Shown: in pieces, positions 1 through 7,454 of the stretch
Position numbering within the stretch: the first letter of the stretch is position 1
How the letters are laid out: every line of letters begins with the position of its first letter
Source of the DNA: an uncultured virus (IMG/VR IMGVR_UViG_3300003320_000087)
Taxonomy: Duplodnaviria; Heunggongvirae; Uroviricota; Caudoviricetes
IMG/VR virus record: IMGVR_UViG_3300003320_000087
Span: 1-64,000 of that record
DNA length: 64,000 nt
Reading direction: 5' to 3' (one strand)
Position numbers and translations under genes: made by a program
The notes under the pieces: generated by a model
Database searches by the model: none
Told to the model about the DNA's origin: nothing
Seen by the model: only the letters and a program-made list of their open reading frames with translations

Positions 1-1
1 A

Positions 2-403
2 ATGGACGCAATGACCGCAAAGGTTGCTCTCCGCATTCTCAAGAAATTGAAGCAGCGTGAGGCGGAATACTGGGAGGCTCGCCGCTATTGGTATGAAAGC
101 GGTGATGGACGTCCGTCCGATTGGCGAGTTGACCCGGAAACGGGTCGGCACTGGAATGCAGGCGGTAAGGGTTGGACCTATCCGGAATGCATTCATGGCA
201 CTTCCCGTTGGACGGATTATGACAACATTTGTGGCGGGTGCGAGGATGGATATTCCATCTATCAACTCGCCATTTGGGAGGCCCAAGAAAAGGTCGCTCA
301 ATTCAAGGAACGTGCCGAATGGGTTGGGGCAATGCCTAGTTCCTTTAGGCACACGGAAATGTATCATGACGTGCTCGATTGGGTTTTCGAGACCGTCCGG
401 TAA
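2..403 (+). CDS. hypothetical early protein (Cys/His-containing)
   Basis: 133-aa ORF with CIH and CGGC motifs, followed by an intergenic hairpin; start may lie upstream of the window. Confidence 0.7.
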   Translation: MDAMTAKVALRILKKLKQREAEYWEARRYWYESGDGRPSDWRVDPETGRHWNAGGKGWTYPECIHGTSRWTDYDNICGGCEDGYSIYQLAIWEAQEKVAQFKERAEWVGAMPSSFRHTEMYHDVLDWVFETVR

Positions 404-410
404 TTCCAAG

Positions 411-465
411 CTGTAGGGATTTGGGGGCGTTATCCGAAAGGATGACGTTCCCCATGTCCACACAG
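411..465 (+). other. long imperfect intergenic RNA hairpin with GAAA tetraloop (candidate processing site)
   Basis: CTGTAGGGATTTGGGGGCGTTATCC-GAAA-GGATGACGTTCCCCATGTCCACACAG; G-U pairs; ends at the SD of the next gene. Confidence 0.75.
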
Positions 466-477
466 AGGGGAAACGCA

Positions 478-951
478 ATGCAGCACTACAACCCGACCAA
501 ACCGCTTACGTTGGACAACTATGCTATTCAGGTTGACTATTACCTGAATGGTGAAAGCGGCGAAAAGTGCGCGCGGTTCGGTTCGGCAAAGGAATTTGCC
601 GAATGGATGGACTCATTCGACTACAGTTCGGGTGACATTACTGGCTGGACTGGCGACAGTGCGACCATGCAGGCGGTAAACAGTTACCGCAATGACAGGC
701 CATACCGCGCAATTCCGGAGTTCATCACGGAATTCAACACGAACGATGGTAGTTCGGAAATCGTTGGGGCAGACCAATTCCACAATTTGCGTCGCATGTT
801 TACCCGCGACCGCGATAACTACCGCGTTTACCGGCATTACGCCGATGACGCAAAGGTCTACTCGGTAATGTACGTCGGAAAGGGGGATGCCCGACTTTCT
901 TCCTACGTCTGGCATGTTCCTTTTGGAGCGGATGAAATTCCGATTTCCTGA
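478..951 (+). CDS. hypothetical early protein
   Basis: SD GAGGGG at 465-470, ATG 478 (MQHYNPTK) within ORF 379-951. Confidence 0.75.
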   Translation: MQHYNPTKPLTLDNYAIQVDYYLNGESGEKCARFGSAKEFAEWMDSFDYSSGDITGWTGDSATMQAVNSYRNDRPYRAIPEFITEFNTNDGSSEIVGADQFHNLRRMFTRDRDNYRVYRHYADDAKVYSVMYVGKGDARLSSYVWHVPFGADEIPIS

Positions 952-1031
952 AAAGGAACGTGCGAGAATGAAAGGGGGTGGTTTCCTTGCGACGTAGGCG
1001 CAAGCGCAAATTACCCGGGTAAAAACCCAAG

Positions 1032-1086
1032 CTAATTGATTTGGCCCCGGGCATTCTTCGGAATGTTCGGGGAGCATGTCCATTAG
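1032..1086 (+). other. long imperfect intergenic RNA hairpin with cUUCGg tetraloop
   Basis: CCCCGGGCATTC-TTCG-GAATGTTCGGGG core, closed by CTAAT/ATTAG. Confidence 0.75.
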
Positions 1087-1099
1087 AAGGGTGAAGCAA

Positions 1100-1513
1100 A
1101 TGGTGGATGAGTGGCATTACTATTCTGACCAATTCGATGCCCGCGAGACTGGGGAGCATGGTTGGCGGAAATCAAATGTGAAGCCACGGGAAAGCATCCT
1201 GCGTAGGGATTCAACACACCGCGCGGGAAGTCGTTGCGGAAAGCTGTGCGTTGACGGGCTGTGGCCTATTCCTAGGGAATTGACGAGTGTCAAGCCTCCC
1301 CAGGGTCCGGGCCCATTCGGATTCACTTCCAATGAATTCGCGTGTGCTTGGTATGTGACGCAAAACGGCCGGATTTTCAAGCTCATTCGCCACCACGGGA
1401 ACAATCACAATCTCGTGGTGGAAATTGCTTGGCAGATTCATCAGCCGTATTCATGGATTCCGAATTACCCCCGGACGCAAGTTTGGGATTGGGTCGGAGT
1501 TCAGAGCATCTAG
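1100..1513 (+). CDS. hypothetical early protein
   Basis: SD AAGGGTG, ATG 1100 (MVDEWHYY). Confidence 0.65.
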   Translation: MVDEWHYYSDQFDARETGEHGWRKSNVKPRESILRRDSTHRAGSRCGKLCVDGLWPIPRELTSVKPPQGPGPFGFTSNEFACAWYVTQNGRIFKLIRHHGNNHNLVVEIAWQIHQPYSWIPNYPRTQVWDWVGVQSI

Positions 1514-1601
1514 TGACATTTAGTGTGTCAGGGGACGCACAAGCCTTTCCGGTTGTGCTTTCCCCTAATGCATTGAAAGTCAATGCATGAAAGGGGTCAA
1601 A

Positions 1602-1781
1602 ATGCGTACCTGCACCGTGAACGGCCGGACGGGCATCATCACTGCACAGAACGGTAAGAGTGGCGTTCCCGCCACTCAGGTTTTCGTTCTGTTCGATGAC
1701 AACCGTCCGACCGAATCGGATGCTGCATGGTTCGACGTGTCCGCCGTTCTGCCCACGGGCATGGTGACTGTCACGTTCTGA
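1602..1781 (+). CDS. small hypothetical protein (SH3-like beta protein possible)
   Basis: SD GAAAGGGG, ATG 1602 (MRTCTVNG). Confidence 0.7.
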   Translation: MRTCTVNGRTGIITAQNGKSGVPATQVFVLFDDNRPTESDAAWFDVSAVLPTGMVTVTF

Positions 1782-1884
1782 GTGTCTGGGGACCGTTCTA
1801 AGCGACTCGGAACGGTCCCCCGGCCCGGTTGTCCAACCAAGCCACGAACGGCCGTTAGAACGGCACAGAGAGGTTTTTTGTACC

Positions 1885-2109
1885 ATGGCACGTACCAAGT
1901 GGGAAATCCTGACTGCCCGACTCGAAAAGGCACGGCAGGAAGTTGCCGAACTGGAAAGCATTATGCGGGGGATGGAAAACACCCCGGATAACGTTGCATG
2001 CTCCGGTTGCGGTGAACAGTTCCGAGTGAATGCCGATTTCGCGCGGCATTTCAAGATTCCGAATGAGCAATTGCTCAACACGGGATATTGCCCCAACAAT
2101 CCGCGATAG
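1885..2109 (+). CDS. small coiled-coil plus zinc-finger protein
   Basis: CSGC...H...C; SD AGAGAGG. Confidence 0.7.
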   Translation: MARTKWEILTARLEKARQEVAELESIMRGMENTPDNVACSGCGEQFRVNADFARHFKIPNEQLLNTGYCPNNPR

Positions 2110-2118
2110 GGGCGAGAA

Positions 2119-2364
2119 ATGGAAAACGCGGAAAACTGCAAGGATTGTCGGACTCCTATCACCTTTGCTTATCGCGAATGGTGGGATGAGAACGACGACA
2201 ATGCATGTCCCAAGGGTGGAACGCATTTCCCGTATTTCAAGACGGAACTTGCGCCTACTCCAGTTTTTTCGACTTCCGGGCCGATAGCGAAGAATCGCGA
2301 AAAGCGTTTTGTTCCGCTCCGGGCCCAAAGGGCACAGAGAAGGGGTTTGGTTACTGACGCTTAG
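2119..2364 (+). CDS. small zinc-binding hypothetical protein
   Basis: CKDC...C...H; SD AGGGG. Confidence 0.65.
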   Translation: MENAENCKDCRTPITFAYREWWDENDDNACPKGGTHFPYFKTELAPTPVFSTSGPIAKNREKRFVPLRAQRAQRRGLVTDA

Positions 2365-2440
2365 TTGTCTTGGGATTGCCATTCTTTCGGGAATGGCATT
2401 GCCCAAAATGTCTAAGGGTTAGGCATTAGAAGGGGCTGCA

Positions 2441-2773
2441 ATGCTTATTCAGATTCTCGACATTCTTTCTCGCCAGGTACCGGGACAGTCGGTTAAGAAT
2501 GCCCTTGAAACGGCGCGAGAGATTGAGTCTCTGGCTAGGGAGACTTCCCCTAAGTCTCCTGTTCGTTCGAATCACTCGGACGAGATTCCCCTTTCGGTCG
2601 ATATGATTCGCGCGACTGCATGGGCTGAGCGGGTTTTCAGTCCCGATGATTTGAGGAATTACAAGATTCGTGCAATCAAGGAAATCCGCACGAATTGGAA
2701 TTTGGGCCTTAAGCAGGCAAAGGACATTGCCGATAACGTTTACGGTTCGGCGCCTAGGTCCTATTGGGACTAG
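2441..2773 (+). CDS. hypothetical protein with ribosomal L7/L12 C-terminal-like motif
   Basis: KIRAIKEIRTNWNLGLKQAKDIAD resembles L7/L12 CTD KIxVIKxVRxxTGLGLKEAKDLVE. Confidence 0.7.
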   Translation: MLIQILDILSRQVPGQSVKNALETAREIESLARETSPKSPVRSNHSDEIPLSVDMIRATAWAERVFSPDDLRNYKIRAIKEIRTNWNLGLKQAKDIADNVYGSAPRSYWD

Positions 2774-2865
2774 CTCTCTGCGCTTTATGGTGGTGGCCAT
2801 TTCGGGCGGGTTTTGAAATGGCCATTCGCCAAATGCGTTAAGGGTTAACGCAGGAAAGGGAATCA

Positions 2866-3228
2866 ATGCGCACGGAAATGGTTCACCTCACCAATGCGTT
2901 TGTCCGTTACTGCGCTTCTGCTCGGAAGCTTGGTTACGACACTACGGATTGGGGACTTACGGTCGGTTCTAAGACCCAAGGGAACCCCTACAAGGTTGGG
3001 GTGAAGGGTGAATGCGGTAAGAGTCTTCCTGGCATGGGAGATGGAGATATCGGCCGGACCCGTGGCGAGGCTTACGACAGGTTGGTTACCGCCGCGAACG
3101 TGCTTGACGACGTGTGCAAGCATCTTTACGGATGTTCTGGAGACGGCTATGCGAGTGAAATGCCGCATGACACTTTCGTTCGGGAATCTCTGCACGTTTC
3201 CGGATTTCATCAGTACTGCAATAACTGA
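2866..3228 (+). CDS. hypothetical early protein
   Basis: SD GGAAAGGG; 120-aa ORF. Confidence 0.7.
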   Translation: MRTEMVHLTNAFVRYCASARKLGYDTTDWGLTVGSKTQGNPYKVGVKGECGKSLPGMGDGDIGRTRGEAYDRLVTAANVLDDVCKHLYGCSGDGYASEMPHDTFVRESLHVSGFHQYCNN

Positions 3229-3247
3229 ATAGAAAGGAAAAGACATC

Positions 3248-3439
3248 ATGCGAATTCAGCCGCGCCAAAGTGTTCAGACTACTTGGAATCGAGCTATCAA
3301 CGATTCGTTTTTCCGGTTTGAGCATTACGTTATTCCGGGCAAGGAATCCGCCACTTACGTTTATCGGCGGGTTTTCGATTCGTGGACTCCCGATGGACGT
3401 TGGGAGCTGGAAAAGCTCATTCGGCTCTATGCTGAATAG
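3248..3439 (+). CDS. hypothetical early protein
   Basis: SD GAAAGGA; 63 aa. Confidence 0.7.
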   Translation: MRIQPRQSVQTTWNRAINDSFFRFEHYVIPGKESATYVYRRVFDSWTPDGRWELEKLIRLYAE

Positions 3440-3508
3440 CTGAATGTCCGGGGCACAATGTGTCCCGTGGCATTGTCTATTCAGAGTGAGTAGGCAGGAA
3501 AGGGCATC

Positions 3509-3589
3509 ATGCGGAAGATTCTTGGTGACATTGCGCTTACGGTCGTTGTCTTTGTGGGCGTTACTGTTGCTTGGAATTGGCTTTTCTGA
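3509..3589 (+). CDS. 26-aa single-TM micro-protein (not in ORF track)
   Basis: SD GGAAAGGG, MRKILGDIALTVVVFVGVTVAWNWLF*. Confidence 0.65.
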   Translation: MRKILGDIALTVVVFVGVTVAWNWLF

Positions 3590-3653
3590 GTAGCTGAATG
3601 CGGCGGGTATGCCTTTATGGATATCCGCTCGCATTGTCTACTTAGGAGGAGCA

Positions 3654-3809
3654 ATGCGGGAAGTTGCCAGTATCTATCTTTCCAGCAATGGAAAGGAATT
3701 CCTGATTTATGACAGAAACGAGCAATTGGTTTCTGTCAAGGCAATTGGCGACCTTGCCAATTTGGGAGAGACGGTTGTCAATACTGTCTCGGAAGCTATT
3801 GAGGAGTAG
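3654..3809 (+). CDS. small hypothetical protein
   Basis: SD AGGAGG, ATG 3654 (MREVASIY). Confidence 0.7.
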   Translation: MREVASIYLSSNGKEFLIYDRNEQLVSVKAIGDLANLGETVVNTVSEAIEE

Positions 3810-3811
3810 AA

Positions 3812-4150
3812 ATGCCCTACGGAACGATTTCGCCGGAAGTCAAGAATTTCGTCGAAATGCGTGCAAGACAGGGGAACGTTTTCGGGCGCTTCGAACTTGA
3901 GCCGCAAACGTGTGAATTTCCCGATGACTGCGAAAAGTCGGAAAACTGCATCTGCTTTGTTCCGGGTCTTTCGCGAATCTCCATTATCGTCGAAGGTGCC
4001 CTAGACGAAGAATTCGAAATTCGCGGCGGCGGCTTTGAGGTCAACATTGCCGACTGGATTTCAGAATTCATGTTCTGTGAGAACGTCGGCAATTACTGGA
4101 TTATGGTTTCCGACAGTGAGGGAAACCTGACTTACTCGGTAGAGGGTTAG
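3812..4150 (+). CDS. acidic hypothetical protein
   Basis: SD GAGGAG; 112 aa. Confidence 0.75.
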   Translation: MPYGTISPEVKNFVEMRARQGNVFGRFELEPQTCEFPDDCEKSENCICFVPGLSRISIIVEGALDEEFEIRGGGFEVNIADWISEFMFCENVGNYWIMVSDSEGNLTYSVEG

Positions 4151-4250
4151 GCAGTAGATTGGTACATAGCTTGCTACAAAAAGGGGCTGTGTGCCTTTCT
4201 AGGGCCCCGGACAATCGAGCCGGGGTCATTGCCTAGGGGAGGTCCTGAAA

Positions 4251-4613
4251 ATGGCTTACAGCGCAACTGAGTGCAAGGGTGACGGCATGGGCGACTACGG
4301 GCGTCCCTGCAACGGATACGCACGTACCGAATCGCCGTGTGCGGTATGCGTGGTGGCACACAAGCTCTATTCCACTGAAGAGAATTCGGCCGGGTTTGTG
4401 GAGGCAGAAACAGAAGACTTTTTCCCAGTAGACATCTATGTCACAATCAATACAGGAGAAGTAGTGAAGGTAGAAAGGGTAAGGGAAAGCAGTATCAAGG
4501 CAGAGATGCGAAGTGGTGTTTCTACACTGTCCTTTGAATTCTGGGACAACAAGAATCGGATTGGGTATGTTCCGTTTCTGATGTTCTACGCTACGGAATT
4601 CACTACGAACTAA
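4251..4613 (+). CDS. hypothetical protein with N-terminal Cys cluster
   Basis: SD GGGGAGG; 120 aa. Confidence 0.7.
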   Translation: MAYSATECKGDGMGDYGRPCNGYARTESPCAVCVVAHKLYSTEENSAGFVEAETEDFFPVDIYVTINTGEVVKVERVRESSIKAEMRSGVSTLSFEFWDNKNRIGYVPFLMFYATEFTTN

Positions 4614-4726
4614 CTTTTGGAAAGCACTAACTAAAAGTTAGTGTAAATGTAGGGTATTTGTGCGGCTATCTAGGCGCAATTAAGCCGCATTTCTGCCTGA
4701 ATTCGGGCAAAAACAAGGGAAAAAGC

Positions 4727-4813
4727 ATGTATTCGCTTGCATTTCTTGCAATTACGGCCCTTTTCCTGATTGCCGCCTACTTTGCCGGGGTATTGCCGGG
4801 CGGTATTCAGTAG
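4727..4813 (+). CDS. 28-aa single-TM micro-protein (not in ORF track)
   Basis: SD AAGGGA, MYSLAFLAITALFLIAAYFAGVLPGGIQ*. Confidence 0.6.
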   Translation: MYSLAFLAITALFLIAAYFAGVLPGGIQ

Positions 4814-4833
4814 ATACAGAAAGGTAAATACAC

Positions 4834-5121
4834 ATGCCTATTGCTATTCAGTATATGGATAGGCCCAATTCTCCTAATGGTGCATACTATGGGGGGTATT
4901 GTGTGAATGATGGTAGCAATACCGTATTCATAGAAACCCGGGCTGCAAATAATCTCTTGCCTGTATATGCATGGCTAGGTAATGGAGATAGGGCTATTGG
5001 CAGGGAGGTCTATAAGACAGCTCTAGTTATGCCTAGCGTTACTCTCAATGCCAAGCAGTACAATACCTTGGTATGTTCTATTCCTACTCATGAGCAGAGG
5101 GCATATAGCAAAGGAGATTGA
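4834..5121 (+). CDS. hypothetical protein
   Basis: SD GAAAGGT; 95 aa. Confidence 0.7.
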   Translation: MPIAIQYMDRPNSPNGAYYGGYCVNDGSNTVFIETRAANNLLPVYAWLGNGDRAIGREVYKTALVMPSVTLNAKQYNTLVCSIPTHEQRAYSKGD

Positions 5122-5299
5122 GACAGAAATTCCCCCGAATTCTCCTGAAATCAATAGGGGAAAGGCAATTGCAGCTAGTTCTATAACTGTAGTTGTGGGA
5201 AGTGGCTTTTCTGCCTTGGTCATCATTGCAGTCTCGTTTATCCTGGTCACAATTCTTTGTGTCCTATGGGGCGTAGGGATTGCTATTTCGGCAGTATAG
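5090..5299 (+). CDS. possible membrane protein (start uncertain)
   Basis: long hydrophobic C-terminus in ORF 5048-5299. Confidence 0.4.
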   Translation: MSRGHIAKEIETEIPPNSPEINRGKAIAASSITVVVGSGFSALVIIAVSFILVTILCVLWGVGIAISAV

Positions 5300-5523
5300 G
5301 AATTCTTTAGTGGGACCCCCGAGATAATTTCAAATGGGTCCCCCGAATTCTTTTTGAATTCAATATGCATTTGCTTTTATGGGCGCACTAATTGCAAGTG
5401 CGAATTCTATTTGCCGGCCTATATCATACATCTACAAAATTTTTTAACATTTTGAATCTGGAAATTAGGTTACTTTGAGTTGATTGTAGCTAACTGAGAG
5501 TAATGGTCTGTAAACATAGAAAA

Positions 5524-5550
5524 TCCCCACACCCTTTTTGGGTGTGGGGA
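5524..5550 (-). terminator. intrinsic terminator closing the leftward block
   Basis: TCCCCACACC-CTTTTTG-GGTGTGGGGA; T-rich tail on the minus strand. Confidence 0.75.
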
Positions 5551-5556
5551 AGTCTT

Positions 5557-5706
5557 TCATGAATAAATCTGTGCATGCTTCTTACACATCATTCTCAAAA
5601 CGCCTCTGAAGAAAACTTTTTGAAATGGTTTATTTTGACATCTTGCCATGAAGCATTTGTTGTCGTTTCCTGACCTGTCTTCTCTCTTTGGTCCGCTATG
5701 TCCCAT
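5557..5706 (-). CDS. 49-aa C3H zinc-finger micro-protein
   Basis: MGHSGPK...KCFMARC...MCKKHAQIYS*; SD AAGGA. Confidence 0.6.
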   Translation of the reverse strand: MGHSGPKREDRSGNDNKCFMARCQNKPFQKVFFRGVLRMMCKKHAQIYS

Positions 5707-5824
5707 AGTATTCCTTACTATGTTTTTTACATAGGAGGAGTGTTCTTCCTCTTACTTTTGTCTTATAAACCCGGCCGGATTTCTTACATAGGAAACACTT
5801 GCCAGTTAACTTCTCTTCGCTCAT
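5696..5824 (-). CDS. 42-aa C3H zinc-finger micro-protein
   Basis: MSEEKLTGKCFLCKK...LCKKHSKEYYGT*; ATGA overlap with upstream gene. Confidence 0.65.
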   Translation of the reverse strand: MSEEKLTGKCFLCKKSGRVYKTKVRGRTLLLCKKHSKEYYGT

Positions 5825-6027
5825 TCTTCCTCCATAGAAAATGCGGGATTAGGGGTAAAGGTCAATCCCTTCTCATGCATATCCGCCAATTGTGTAGCCT
5901 TAACAGGGTCATGTACAGACAACAAAGCAAGGTTGATATCATACAGTCTCATAAGCATAATCAAGAGTACTGTTTGAAAATTTTCCGGGTCAAAAGCGAA
6001 GCCCGGCTGGATTTCTTCCTCACTCAT
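5821..6027 (-). CDS. hypothetical protein
   Basis: 68 aa, ATGA-coupled on both sides. Confidence 0.7.
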   Translation of the reverse strand: MSEEEIQPGFAFDPENFQTVLLIMLMRLYDINLALLSVHDPVKATQLADMHEKGLTFTPNPAFSMEEE

Positions 6028-6191
6028 TGAATAAACAACAACTTATCATTACGGTCTAGAACACACTTCAAATGCCCCACGAAAATATAGTTGGCGCCCT
6101 CTACTGTATTGGCACCAATCTTCTTTGCATACTTAATAATGTCCTTCTTGTTCTTACAACGAAGAAGGAGCTTTGCATTTGGTTCACTCAC
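6024..6191 (-). CDS. 55-aa hypothetical protein (GTG start)
   Basis: MSEPNAKLLLRCKNKK...LLFIQ*; SD GAAGGA; fills the gap exactly. Confidence 0.6.
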   Translation of the reverse strand: MSEPNAKLLLRCKNKKDIIKYAKKIGANTVEGANYIFVGHLKCVLDRNDKLLFIQ

Positions 6192-6399
6192 TGTATTCCT
6201 TCAATCTTTCAATCAAATCATGTAGAGCTTGATTTGCCAGGGCTGTGGCGGATGTAAGAGGTGGATACATTACCTTGTCTGACATATGAAGCCCGGCGTT
6301 TGCCTCGCTTTGTATTTGCAGATACTTTGTAACCTTCTCAAACACGCCCTCAACCTTTTCTAGCTCTCTAATCAAATCTTCGTTTTTCAAATTCTTCAC
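6184..6399 (-). CDS. hypothetical helical protein
   Basis: 71-aa ORF in operon. Confidence 0.65.
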   Translation of the reverse strand: MKNLKNEDLIRELEKVEGVFEKVTKYLQIQSEANAGLHMSDKVMYPPLTSATALANQALHDLIERLKEYSE

Positions 6400-7021
6400 C
6401 TATATATCTTGTATATGCTGGAGGAATGGCTTCGTTGATTTCTTTTGTAATCATCCAGTCAATTCCCATAGCTGCCCTCTTTGCCGCGATAGGAGCATTT
6501 CCTCCGCCTGTTACCTGAACGAACATATCATCAGTCAATGGCCGTCCAAAATGATGCTTTCGTTTATCGAATGTATATACGAGTGCTGTGTGCTTTGGAT
6601 GGTCTGGTTGTTTCAGAGACCAATTAGTCTCAAATAGTCTATGCCTGTAGACTCTAAGCCCCTTGAACATCCCGCCGCAAAGCATCACCGGCTGCTCCAA
6701 TGGAGCAGTATCTACATTCTCAATAACGTAAGGCAATCCAGAGTCCTGTAGCATTTCCCTCACAGGTTTAATTAGGTCTGGATATTCCTTGCCTGTTCGT
6801 TTTTGCAAGTCGCTGTATTTTTGGCAGGGAGGCGATGCGTGTACAAGGTCGAATCGACCAGACATCATCATACGCCAACCTACAGAAAGAGCGTCACCCA
6901 ATACGAAATTGAAAGGGTAACGCACTTGAAAACGATTGTCAACACCGACAACCTCAAATCCAGCTTGGTGATAGCCCATTGCACTACCACCAGCTCCGCT
7001 AAACAAATCCAATACTCTCAC
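6368..7021 (-). CDS. compact DNA (cytosine-5) methyltransferase
   Basis: motif I LDLFSGAGG, motif IV SPPCQ, motif VI ENV, motif VIII RHRLF, motif X-like NEAIPP. Confidence 0.85.
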   Translation of the reverse strand: MRVLDLFSGAGGSAMGYHQAGFEVVGVDNRFQVRYPFNFVLGDALSVGWRMMMSGRFDLVHASPPCQKYSDLQKRTGKEYPDLIKPVREMLQDSGLPYVIENVDTAPLEQPVMLCGGMFKGLRVYRHRLFETNWSLKQPDHPKHTALVYTFDKRKHHFGRPLTDDMFVQVTGGGNAPIAAKRAAMGIDWMITKEINEAIPPAYTRYIGEEFEKRRFD

Positions 7022-7260
7022 GAATCAATTTTATCAGATTCTGCGGGCTTTGTCTCTGTCCATTCGAAGAAATTCTTTACATAAATCACTAGATAAACTA
7101 CACATACTATAATAAACGGATATTGCTTAGTAAAGTATGCGTAAAGAATCCATAGGATTTGGTAAAGCGCTCCGATGGCCCATCCCCATCTGTTCTTCTT
7201 GCCAGCGATGTAGACACCAATGATGCCTACAGCCGCCAAAATCCAGCTAAAAAGTTCCAT
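7018..7260 (-). CDS. PnuC-like (nicotinamide riboside transporter-like) membrane protein
   Basis: three hydrophobic helices, KKNRWGW motif, 80 aa half-size protein. Confidence 0.65.
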   Translation of the reverse strand: MELFSWILAAVGIIGVYIAGKKNRWGWAIGALYQILWILYAYFTKQYPFIIVCVVYLVIYVKNFFEWTETKPAESDKIDS

Positions 7261-7454
7261 CAGCTAAGCTGCTTCACTACATGCTCAGCTACTGAAATAA
7301 TTGTTCCTTGAGTGTCCTCACTCTGGTAAATCTTTACAAGAGCGTTACCCCTCATATAATTTGAGGCAGCAAGGAATTCCCTTATTTCAGAAAGAGTGAC
7401 TTCTCCATTGCGACCAACGTTCATTTCTACTTTCGTCTTTACAATGCTTGACAT
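7260..7454 (-). CDS. hypothetical protein
   Basis: 64 aa, coupled to neighbours. Confidence 0.6.
   Translation of the reverse strand: MSSIVKTKVEMNVGRNGEVTLSEIREFLAASNYMRGNALVKIYQSEDTQGTIISVAEHVVKQLS

Noticed and set aside
978..1022. Arg-rich micro-ORF (V)VSLRRRRKRKLPG after GAAAGGGGG
   Set aside because: Too short to support without conservation or Ribo-seq data
411..3645. Early hairpins as intrinsic terminators, N4-type DNA hairpin promoters or hammerhead ribozymes
   Set aside because: No U-tracts; G-U pairs and UUCG/GAAA loops favour RNA structure; no catalytic core motifs
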